From Lytechinus pictus (Eukaryota): a stretch of 64,000 nucleotides of DNA. How positions within the stretch are numbered: the first letter of the stretch is position 1; the number at the start of each line of letters is the position of its first letter. Both the position numbers and the translations under genes were made by a program. The stretch covers positions 7,628,001-7,692,000 of the forward strand of contig NC_087245.1 in NCBI RefSeq assembly GCF_037042905.1, in the 5' to 3' direction. The notes below the pieces were generated by a model that was not told the DNA's origin, made no database searches, and saw only the letters and a program-made list of their open reading frames with translations. This document shows, piece by piece, positions 12,525-21,617 of this stretch.

Positions 12525-12616
12525 AATTTCCTTCTGTCTTATCTCCCAGACCCCATAAATAATATACCAAGACCCACATGTCCATTAGAGGTTCTTGAGA
12601 AAAGGAGTGGATTTCC

Positions 12617-14608
12617 CTAGGTCCTAGATGCGCATCCCGGACAATGGTACTCTTCATCCAACCCCAGCATCTCGCCTTCCTCTTCGGACATTCCCACGCA
12701 CTGACCGTGGAACCATTCTTCGCATTTATCACACTGGATCATAAATTTTCCTCCCCAGGGCTTCCTGCAAAGGCAATACACCTCCTCGTGCCTGTGCTTC
12801 TTCCCTTTCTTATTCGGAGGAATAGTCCGATCTCTGCATGGTTTCATGCGGTCATGGTTCACCGTCATCCTAACATTCTTATACTCGACCCGGTACAGGA
12901 ATGGAGACAGTCTCTCCACAATCAATGCAGGACCTTTCCAGGGAGGGCAAAGTTTCTTGCACTTCCCTTTGGATTGAGCAGTGTCCAACAAGTATACTCG
13001 TTCACCTACCTCATACTTCCTCTGGAACACTTTCATGTCATAGTCCTTTTTCTGTCTTTTTTGGGTCTCTTTTAGATGAGACCTGGCCAGCGAGTGTACA
13101 TCGGCTAATGTCTTACGCAGATTCGCACAGTACTCCTCGCTTTCTACTGGTTGTGCTGCTTGCGGCATCGGGAACAGTAAGTCCACCGGTTGGGTCACTT
13201 CCCTTCCAAGCATTAGCCGGTTGGGAGTAAATCCGGTGCTTCTATTCACTGTTGATCGTATGGCTCCTGCGATTTGAGGAACAAACTCGTCCCAACTTCG
13301 CTGGTTCTTGCCTACGAAACAACGCACTGCATCCATCAGCGTCCGGTTAAATCGCTCCACCTGACCATTGGCCGAAGGACGATAAGCCGTTGTTCTCGCC
13401 TTATGTATTTGCAACATCTTACACATGCTTGTAAACAAACGACTCTCGAAATTACGGCCTTGGTCGGTGAAGACCTGCAGGGGACACCCGAAACGGCTGA
13501 AGAAATGGTCCACCGCTGCTCGGGCTGTCACTTCTGCGGTCTGTGAAGGCAAAGGTATGCACTCCACCCATTTCGTGAATTGATCAACCATTACCAGGAT
13601 ATTCTCGTTCCCATTCGCCGTTTTTGGCAGGGGACCCAAGAAATCCAAGTGCACCCTTTCCATGGGGTAGCCAGCATGATAGCTGATCATAGGGTTCCTC
13701 CCGTGTCTGGCAGACTTCTTGCATTGGTTACAGGTTGGACATTTGCGGATAAAGTCACTCACATCCTTCCCCATACCATACCAGAAGAACCGCCTCTTCA
13801 TCTTGGAGATCACCCTTACATTGCCAGCATGCCCTGCCAAGGGCAAATCATGGTTAAGTCTAACCAATTCTTCCCTCATAGAGTGAGGAATGAGAAGTAA
13901 ATCCCCTTCGCCCTTGTTCTGGTAAATTACCCCATTTTCCAGGTGAAATGTATCCTTGTTGATCCACAGGTTCTTCTGCTCGGGACTCCATAACATCATA
14001 GTTCCCTCGCTAGGTTCTTCACCTGTGGCCAACCATTCCCGTAATGGAAGAAATTCTGGATCTTTGTCTTGTTCTTCTTTCAATCTCACGGCTGGGGGTG
14101 TTTCTGGCTCCTCGACCACCTGGGAGATATTCAGTTCCTCTGTGATCGGTCTGGAGCTCTCAACTACCTCGTCCGACCGTAAATCCGATCTCACGGCCGG
14201 GGGTGTTTCTGGCTCTTCGACCGCCTGGGAGATATTCTGTTCCTCGGCGATCAGCCTTGAGCTCTCAACTACCTCTTCCGACCGTAGATCAGGGTCCGAT
14301 TTCACCACCATGTGGGTTGTCCAAAACCCTGACTCAAGGTTTTGGCCAATGGTGTTTTTCCGTTCTCCTTTGACTGATGCCAAGGGAACTACGTCATCCA
14401 CCTCTTCTACAAAAGGAGCCCAGTTCCGGTGAGCCTTCTCACAGTAGGGGCACCCACCACAAGGAAGATCTTCTAACTTGAATCCTAGCCGGAATTCCTC
14501 GCAGAAAAGCTCAGTGTCAGGAACTCGAGACAATGCGTACTCCGCATTCCCATGCTGTTTCCCCGGGCGGTGTATCACCTTCATCTGATACTGACTTAGT
14601 TCTTCCAA
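12617..14608 (-). CDS. pol: Pol 3' part: end of RNase H, integrase (HHCC, DDE, WKGP motif) and C-terminal PHD finger; separated from the 5' part by a 1-nt frameshift
   Basis: HDLPLAGHAG...CPTC zinc-binding motif; VHLDFLGP, FTDQGRNFES and NGQVERFNRTL catalytic core; C-terminal C4HC3 pattern YCLC..MIQCDKCEEWFHGQC..CPGC. Confidence 0.96.
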   Translation of the reverse strand: MEELSQYQMKVIHRPGKQHGNAEYALSRVPDTELFCEEFRLGFKLEDLPCGGCPYCEKAHRNWAPFVEEVDDVVPLASVKGERKNTIGQNLESGFWTTHMVVKSDPDLRSEEVVESSRLIAEEQNISQAVEEPETPPAVRSDLRSDEVVESSRPITEELNISQVVEEPETPPAVRLKEEQDKDPEFLPLREWLATGEEPSEGTMMLWSPEQKNLWINKDTFHLENGVIYQNKGEGDLLLIPHSMREELVRLNHDLPLAGHAGNVRVISKMKRRFFWYGMGKDVSDFIRKCPTCNQCKKSARHGRNPMISYHAGYPMERVHLDFLGPLPKTANGNENILVMVDQFTKWVECIPLPSQTAEVTARAAVDHFFSRFGCPLQVFTDQGRNFESRLFTSMCKMLQIHKARTTAYRPSANGQVERFNRTLMDAVRCFVGKNQRSWDEFVPQIAGAIRSTVNRSTGFTPNRLMLGREVTQPVDLLFPMPQAAQPVESEEYCANLRKTLADVHSLARSHLKETQKRQKKDYDMKVFQRKYEVGERVYLLDTAQSKGKCKKLCPPWKGPALIVERLSPFLYRVEYKNVRMTVNHDRMKPCRDRTIPPNKKGKKHRHEEVYCLCRKPWGGKFMIQCDKCEEWFHGQCVGMSEEEGEMLGLDEEYHCPGCASRT

Positions 14609-16854
14609 CCATCGGCTATTTGCCCTTGAGGATGTTTGAAGTTCATCAGCCAGATGAGACTACTGTGATCTGTGCGCACCAAAAACGAGTTACCTAAAAG
14701 GTAGTGGCGGTACTGCCGTGTGAACTTCACCACTGCTAGGAGTTCTCTCCTTGTCACACAGTACCTTCTCTGTTCGGGAGACAGTGATATGCTTCCGTAG
14801 GCCACTACTCTCTCTTGTCCATCCTGAACCTGGAGTAACTCCGCACCGATAGCCTCATTCGAAGCATCGGTGTCCAGGATGAATGGATCCTGCAAGTTGG
14901 GCATGGTCAACACTGGGGCTGAGGTAAGCAGCTCCTTTATAGAGTCAAACGCCTCCTGTTGTTCAGGTCCCCAGCAGAACATGTTTTTCCCAGTGATCTT
15001 GTACAGAGGAACAGCCGCCGCTGCATAATTCTTGATGAAGGTCCTGTGATAGTTCACTAACCCCAAGAATCTCTCCACTTGTTTCGTGTTGCGCGGCGCT
15101 GGCCAATTCCTCACTGCTTCAATCTGATCTGGTTTCAGAGAGATCTTGTTTTCTCCTACATTCCGGCCCAGGAACTCTACCTCGCGCCGGAACAATTCAC
15201 ACTTCTTTGGTTTCAGCTTCAACTTGAAGCTTCTAAACCTTTGTAAGACCTCCTTCAAGTTATTCATGTGATCCTCAAAAGACTTTCCCAGAACTACTAC
15301 ATCATCGAGGAATGCTAGGACTATGTCCCAATTCAAACCTCTTAAGATTAAGTCCATGGCTCGTGAGAAAGTCGCGGGAGCGTTGCACAATCCAAAACCC
15401 ATCCTCACAAATTCGTACAATCCGTACTTTGTGGTGAAAGCAGTCTTCTTGCGATCCTCTTCCGCTATTTGGACTTGCCAATACGCAGAGTTCGCATCCA
15501 GCTTGGAAAACCAACGCGTCCCGGAAAGGGTATCCAGACACTCCTCGATATTCGGGAGGGGATACACATCTTTCTGAGTGATCTGATTTAGTCCTCGGTA
15601 ATCTACACACCAGCGGACTCCCCCATCTCTCTTCCGTACCAGTACAGGTGCAGACGCCCACTCCGATTGTGAAGGCTGAATAACCCCAGCCTCCTTCATT
15701 CGTTTCAGCACTGCCTTTTCTTCTTCTGCGAAACGCATCGGCGTTCTTCGCATCTTGTGCTTTACTGGGGCTGACGTACCTGTCTCTATCTTGTGCTCAA
15801 TAGCTGTAAATTCTCCTAAGTCGAAGTCGTGACGGGCAAACGCGTCTCCGAACTCCCCCAGGATACGCCTAAGTTCAGCTTCCTGTTCAGAGTTCAAGAG
15901 TTCCGAAGATCGGTCATACAAATCCTGTAAATGTTCTGGCACCTCTTCCGCCACGTCCTCTGTTAAGCAGTTGACTTTAGGTTCCAGCTCTTGAGGCGCC
16001 GAATGTGACCTGGTTTCCTCATCTCTTTCTGGAAGAGAAGATGGCACCTGAGCCACAGCCACTGCCTCGAAGACCCGGCCTATTATCTTGTTGCCCTCCA
16101 GATGGACTACTCTGTCGGTTGGGTTCAAAACATACAGTTGAATGAGCGTACCTCCGTCATGTAGCGACCTAGGTGCTAGAGCGGGTAATACGGATGATGG
16201 CTCAAAAACACAAGCGTTCATCCTCTGGTCTATTACCCCGGTGACACGCTTCAGTGTGTTGGGTGGGATGGTGGTCCGGTGTGAGGTGCTAACTCTGGCT
16301 ACTCGTCCACCATTCCGACCAACTCCGAACTTCATGGGTATCCGTTCATCCCCCATAAGCAGCTCCTTACTACTTATAAGGATATCGATTGAATGCTGCT
16401 CAAGAAAATCTAGACCCAACAGCATGTCATCCGCTATCGATGCTGTGTAAATGTTACCGGGAAAACACTTTCTTCCAATTCCTACCTCCACTGGGCCGAT
16501 CACTGCTCCTTGCAAGCGTGTATCTCGGCCAGCGGTGCTTAAAACAACTTCCTTCACCAGGGGCGGGGCAGGGTCAAGTAGTTTCATCACTCGATCCGAG
16601 ATAATGGTCACTTCTGCAGCAGAATCTACCACTGCGTCAAGTGTAACGCCATTCACCTTTACCTCTACTCTCAGCATCGAGGACGAACGAAGTTGACAGA
16701 CCACTACCTCCTGCGGAGATTCCAACTCCGGTTCTTCCCATTGGGTAGGGAGGACGTTGCTCTCTTCTTCACCAGCTGATAATTCTACCTCTGAGGAATG
16801 CGGATCCTCGTCTTCCAGTTCCAGTTGGTTTACATATTCCGCTAACACCTTCAT
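14596..16854 (-). CDS. pol: Pol 5' part: aspartic protease, reverse transcriptase, RNase H
   Basis: AVVDSAAEVT protease motif; RWCVDYRGLN, FSKLDANSAYWQV, MGFGLCNAPATF and AFLDDVVV RT motifs; LDTDAS and RRELLAVV RNase H motifs; lies in the -1 frame relative to gag. Confidence 0.97.
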   Translation of the reverse strand: MKVLAEYVNQLELEDEDPHSSEVELSAGEEESNVLPTQWEEPELESPQEVVVCQLRSSSMLRVEVKVNGVTLDAVVDSAAEVTIISDRVMKLLDPAPPLVKEVVLSTAGRDTRLQGAVIGPVEVGIGRKCFPGNIYTASIADDMLLGLDFLEQHSIDILISSKELLMGDERIPMKFGVGRNGGRVARVSTSHRTTIPPNTLKRVTGVIDQRMNACVFEPSSVLPALAPRSLHDGGTLIQLYVLNPTDRVVHLEGNKIIGRVFEAVAVAQVPSSLPERDEETRSHSAPQELEPKVNCLTEDVAEEVPEHLQDLYDRSSELLNSEQEAELRRILGEFGDAFARHDFDLGEFTAIEHKIETGTSAPVKHKMRRTPMRFAEEEKAVLKRMKEAGVIQPSQSEWASAPVLVRKRDGGVRWCVDYRGLNQITQKDVYPLPNIEECLDTLSGTRWFSKLDANSAYWQVQIAEEDRKKTAFTTKYGLYEFVRMGFGLCNAPATFSRAMDLILRGLNWDIVLAFLDDVVVLGKSFEDHMNNLKEVLQRFRSFKLKLKPKKCELFRREVEFLGRNVGENKISLKPDQIEAVRNWPAPRNTKQVERFLGLVNYHRTFIKNYAAAAVPLYKITGKNMFCWGPEQQEAFDSIKELLTSAPVLTMPNLQDPFILDTDASNEAIGAELLQVQDGQERVVAYGSISLSPEQRRYCVTRRELLAVVKFTRQYRHYLLGNSFLVRTDHSSLIWLMNFKHPQGQIADGWKN

Positions 16855-16907
16855 AAACTCTGGAAGACCGGCTACACCTTCCTCAGGTTTGTCTGTAGTT
16901 GGGTGAC

Positions 16908-19115
16908 CTATTGTTGCTCGAGCCAGGGTGTGGCCTCCCTCTCCTCCTCTGACTCGCTCGAGTTTGACGCCTCCTCTTCCCTGAGGACCGAAGCGGAAGC
17001 CACGGGGCTTTTATCGGGACAATCTCTCCTAAAATGTCCCGGCTTACCACACTTGAAACAGCCCTCAGTCCTGGGTGCAGGGGATGGCGATCTCCCTCGT
17101 CTTCCTATTTGTGACATTCTTCTATTAAGATTATCCATGGAGGACTGCAGTTTCTCGAACTTCTCATCCCAATCGGAAACCCTCTCCTCTAAAGCCCGCG
17201 TGCGATTATCCAACGCTGACACCAACTTGGTCAAGCTTTCACCCTCTGAAGATATCTTACTCGAAGTGCCAGGCACTGAGCTGTTCTTCTCCAGCCGGGG
17301 TTTATTAGCTGGCGGGGGGGCACCAATCTGTTGGATCACTGCCTCTTCAGATGACCAAGCATCTTGTGGCCAATGGACTATCTTGACCTCTGGTCTCCTC
17401 TGCCTGCCATACACAACCTTTTTCGAATGTATATACCAAGTCACATGATCCACAGCCTTCTCAACTGAGTCCGGCCGTAAGTTCAGGGCGTGCAAACCAG
17501 CTTCCCGTTCAGAACACCCCTGACAAAACTTCAATACCCCTTGTCTCTGTACTTGAGACTCCGGAACCCCTGGGAAAGTTTTAACAGCCAGGCTGACCAC
17601 ACGGTCAGCCCACTCCATGATTCCTTCCTCAGCCAGCTGGTGCGCCCGCATGAACTCCATTTGAGCTACCTCTAGAGGATCATCCGCGCCAAACCGGCGC
17701 TCCATCCTCCTCACCAGATCTTCAAAAGACATGTCTCTGTCACGCGACATCAGTAATGAGAAATAGTCACTTCCAATACCTTTCATGCACCACCACATCT
17801 GATATTTCCTTTGAATGGAGGACCAGCCCTGCTCATCCGCATAGGCCATGAACTTGAGGTAAAACCCTCTCCAGCTCCCTCGACCATCATAGTTAATGGT
17901 CTTGGGGAGCGAACCCATGTGACTCAATGACTGTGAACCCATTTGCCTGGAGCGGCCAGTAGTCTTGTGTGTAGAGATATTCCCCGAAGACTGGCTAGTG
18001 GTGGGGCTCTGGGGTAGCTGATGTGTTGCGGCCTGGTGCGACTGGAACGCCCTTGACTGTGGTGGTGCCGGCTGGCAAGCTGTTGTTTGGACTTGCATCT
18101 GATTAGTCTGTGCATGTCGAGATGATGGGACTTGTGATACCGGCGTTGTTGTCATCTGATAGGATCCAACCGCTGCCGGTTGCACTGGCGGTGCCGCCTG
18201 CGGCTGCGGCAGTGGAGCCGCTGGTATCTGTGGCGGCGCCTGTGGCGGTACCTGTGACGTTGCGGGCGCCTGTGCGCACCTCAGCGGTACACGCGTATAC
18301 CATACAGTAGGCATGCGCGGCACTGGGGCCGCTGTTACTCTTGGCGGAGGGCCAGCCGATAACTGCGGCGGTGGACCCACTGGGTCTACAAGAGGTTGGG
18401 TCGTCGCACTTTGTGGTGATTCTGTCGCTAACAGCTGGGCCGGTGGAACCAATGGGGCTCGTGGTGTTGCCGGCACTGTGGGTGGGCCAGATAGCCGCCT
18501 GACTGAAACATCATACTCCGACAAGTTGGGACCTGGTCTGGTCTGATGTAAGATCTGATGGGGTTCTTGGCCCCCAGTGCCTGGTTGTGAAGTTGGAGCT
18601 TGCACCCTTTCCAGCTGGGCTGGGCGTAAGACCTGCTGTGAGGGATTAACTTGCAACCCCTCCTGTAAAACTCTACCACCAAAGCCTGGGTGGGACTCTG
18701 ACTGCCACCACCTCTCGGATACTCCTGGAGGGGGCGGATACCTCTGCCACCGATAAAATGCTGGGCTAACCTCCTGCACCGGGCTGGGTGCATGGGAATA
18801 CTGAAACAACTCTCCATCCGCTCCTATAGGTTCACCCATGATACCTCTATCATGATCCAGCAACCCTTGTGCAAGCCCATTAGACTGTTGTGATGCCGTA
18901 CTAAAGGGCGTGAAGTCAAGCTGATCCAAAACCTCTTCCGGCAATGAAACCAATGACGAGAAATAATCCCTTGTGATACCACCTTTACGTTCCAACAGCA
19001 AGCCTGCCACAGCATGACTTACTCCTGGAATGCCCACGAGTTCGTCATATGAACACTCGTTCACCGGAAGTGGGCCTTCAATAACCTCAAAAGGGCTTAC
19101 TATATCTGACAACAT
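16908..19115 (-). CDS. gag: Gag, 735 aa: N-terminal HhH-like motif, Pro/Gln-rich linker, capsid-like domain, coiled coil, CCHC zinc knuckle
   Basis: Intact ORF; CFKCGKPGHFRRDC knuckle; YDGRGSWRGFYLKF...QGWS gag core motif. Confidence 0.93.
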   Translation of the reverse strand: MLSDIVSPFEVIEGPLPVNECSYDELVGIPGVSHAVAGLLLERKGGITRDYFSSLVSLPEEVLDQLDFTPFSTASQQSNGLAQGLLDHDRGIMGEPIGADGELFQYSHAPSPVQEVSPAFYRWQRYPPPPGVSERWWQSESHPGFGGRVLQEGLQVNPSQQVLRPAQLERVQAPTSQPGTGGQEPHQILHQTRPGPNLSEYDVSVRRLSGPPTVPATPRAPLVPPAQLLATESPQSATTQPLVDPVGPPPQLSAGPPPRVTAAPVPRMPTVWYTRVPLRCAQAPATSQVPPQAPPQIPAAPLPQPQAAPPVQPAAVGSYQMTTTPVSQVPSSRHAQTNQMQVQTTACQPAPPQSRAFQSHQAATHQLPQSPTTSQSSGNISTHKTTGRSRQMGSQSLSHMGSLPKTINYDGRGSWRGFYLKFMAYADEQGWSSIQRKYQMWWCMKGIGSDYFSLLMSRDRDMSFEDLVRRMERRFGADDPLEVAQMEFMRAHQLAEEGIMEWADRVVSLAVKTFPGVPESQVQRQGVLKFCQGCSEREAGLHALNLRPDSVEKAVDHVTWYIHSKKVVYGRQRRPEVKIVHWPQDAWSSEEAVIQQIGAPPPANKPRLEKNSSVPGTSSKISSEGESLTKLVSALDNRTRALEERVSDWDEKFEKLQSSMDNLNRRMSQIGRRGRSPSPAPRTEGCFKCGKPGHFRRDCPDKSPVASASVLREEEASNSSESEEEREATPWLEQQ

Positions 19116-19424
19116 GATGTATCAATTAAAAATAACAACTTTCCAAAACACAAAATTACCTTAAAACCCAATTGGGTAACACCCCACTCCCCGTCAAACA
19201 AAAAGGCGAACCACCGGGGTAAGAAAAAACCCTAAAGACAAAAATCAGCACCTGCAAAGAAAAATATACCAACGCTTAGTCGGCCTAAAATAACAAGTAC
19301 CAACTCTTCGGTGGTCTAAGAAAAAAAACGAAGTCCAAACACAGCAATGTCACCACCTAAGGTAAAAGTACACCCGCAAGCGCACGAACACTCCAAAATT
19401 CCCAAAATATATAACAAGTAGCCC

Positions 19425-20175
19425 GGGAAAGGCGTCCGTTTAATAGCAGGAACAAAACAAAAAACCGGGCCCTAAATGCAGGAAAAACTAATCTGAAAAG
19501 GGTATCCCTTTAATTTCCCCCAGCACCGGAATTAATTTCTCAATGAAGAAAAATAATCCAAAAAGGCGTCCCTTGAATCCTCAGAAAACACAAAAAGTGA
19601 CCCCAAAATGTAACAAAAATTAATCAAGGAAAGATGCCCCTTTAATCCTGAAAGAACACAAGAATTAATCTCTAAATCCAGAAAAAATAATCCAGGAAAG
19701 GTGTCCCTTTAAGCTTAGAAAACCCAGAATTAATCGCTAAATGCATAAAAAATAATTCAGGAAAGGTGTCCCTTTAAGTTTAAAAAACACAAGGATTAAT
19801 TTCTAAATGTAGAAAAAATAATTCAGGAAAGGTGTCCCTTTAAGTTTAGAAGACCCCCGAACTAATATCTAGATGTAGAAAAAACAATTCGAGAAAGGTG
19901 TCCCTTTAACTTCAGAAGACCCCCGAATTAATATCTAGATGTAGAAAAAACAATTCGAGAAAGGTGTCCCTTTAACTTCAGAAGACCCCCGAATTAATAT
20001 CTAGATGTAGAAAAAACAATTCGAGAAAGGTGTCCCTTTAACTTCAGAAGACCCCCGAATTAATATCTAGATGTAGAAAAAACAATTCGAGAAAGGTGTC
20101 CCTTTAACTTCAGAAGACCGACGAATTGATTTTTAAATGTAGAAAAAATAATTCTAAAAGGGTACTCCTTTAATT
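19425..20175. repeat. Tandem array, ~65-66-bp unit, about 11 copies, in the Gypsy 5' leader
   Basis: gagaaaggtgtccctttaacttcagaagac recurs at 19891, 19957, 20023 and 20089; more diverged copies lie to the left. Confidence 0.9.
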
Positions 20176-20384
20176 CAAACACCAAAGTCAAATGCTAGAT
20201 TCTGAAGAAGAATTCAAGATCACGTAAAGGACCCTAGCCCGGTAAGCTAGGAAAGTGTGCATCAAAAGTCCAAGTCAAGAAGGTAACAGAACCTTGTAGC
20301 TCTAATTGTAGTCCAAATGTAAACACACCAGAAAAATAAATACTAACACCTATCCTTAGTCTAAAAGAATATAACAACAACAGG

Positions 20385-20835
20385 GGGACTAAGACGGGAG
20401 ACTTATCCCTTTAATCCAAAATTAATCCTTATAACAGTCACAAATAATCCGAAAATAACTAGACTAAACGGGGAGACTTATCCCTTTAATCTAGAAATAT
20501 TTTTGGAAAGAACCAAAAAATATTGTATACAGCTAAACTCAACAGGGAGACTTATCCCTTTAATCTAGAAATATTTTTGTAAAGAGCCAAAAAATATTTT
20601 ATACAGTTAAACTGAACAGGGGGACTTATCCCTTTAATCTAGAAATATTTTTGCAAGAAGCTGAAAAATATTTTATCACAGCTAAACTAAAGAGGGAGAC
20701 TTATCCCTTTAATCCAGAAATATTTTTGTAAAGAGCCAAAAAATATTGTATACAGCTAGACCAAACAGGGAGACTTATCCCTTTAATCTAGAAATATTTT
20801 TGTAAAAAGCTGAAAAATATTTTATCACAGCTAAG
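20385..20835. repeat. Tandem array, ~74-75-bp unit, about 6 copies, in the Gypsy 5' leader
   Basis: gacttatccctttaat at 20400, 20475, 20549, 20623, 20698 and 20772. Confidence 0.9.
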
Positions 20836-21601
20836 TAACGCCAATTTTTTAGAAATAAATTAGACGAATGAGACTGAGCGTAAAGTCTACCCCTGTTCGT
20901 ACAAACAAAACGTTAAATCAAATATAAAATAAATCAAAAACTAGCCTAGAATCTGTACTGTAGCACAGCCCAACCAGGAACTGCAACTACACCGTCACTC
21001 TGACAGATCGATGCAGGCGCCAGACACACTCTCACTGCTAGATCTATGCAAACGCTATCGGTTCGACGACAGGCACACTCTCACTGTTCGGGTCGGTCAA
21101 AACGAAACGATATTGCTAGACGCCCTAGGTCACAACGAAACGATATTGCTAGACGCCTTAAACGATACCCACACTCTACACGGCAGATCGTAAGCTCCGT
21201 GCCCAATGTGACCGCCGCGATACCAAAACGATATCCAACGTCAACGGAAAATCCCCAAAACGCACGTGGAGAAATATTCACCTCGAGATGGTTGCGAGGG
21301 AGCGCGATAGATAATTGAACAACTTGAGCAAGTTCAATCACCACTCGAAAAGTTTGCAAATCACTAAAACGTGAATCTAAATAACACACAACACAAGCTC
21401 AGCACCCTGCAAAATATCACAAGCTCAGCCCTGGAAAGTTGACAGTCCCACTGTCACCCTCTCCCCCGCCAACGCAAGCAAATTTCACCCCGCACTGACA
21501 CCTGTGCGATAGACACAATAAATCACTGCTGACCGCCACCGAGCAAGCAGCGGGCAGCTATAGGCCTAGCAGTCACCACGACTCCGCAAACGCGATTCGC
21601 A

Positions 21602-21616
21602 CTGCTGACTACGCCA
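21602..21616 (-). other. Primer binding site, tRNA-Ser type
   Basis: Minus strand TGGCGTAGTCAGCAG starts 1 nt after the 5' LTR; plus strand ctgctgactacgcca matches the 3' end of eukaryotic tRNA-Ser (..CTGCYGACTACG-CCA). Confidence 0.85.
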
Positions 21617-21617
21617 A

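Noticed and set aside
12273..16275. Diversity-generating retroelement (TR/VR pair) reading of the pol-like repeats
   Set aside because: Differences are not adenine specific and the RT is a typical Gypsy RT; kept as a repeat-array finding instead
12644..18817. Numerous antisense and alternate-frame ORFs over gag and pol
   Set aside because: Shadow ORFs of the coding strand with no recognisable motifs
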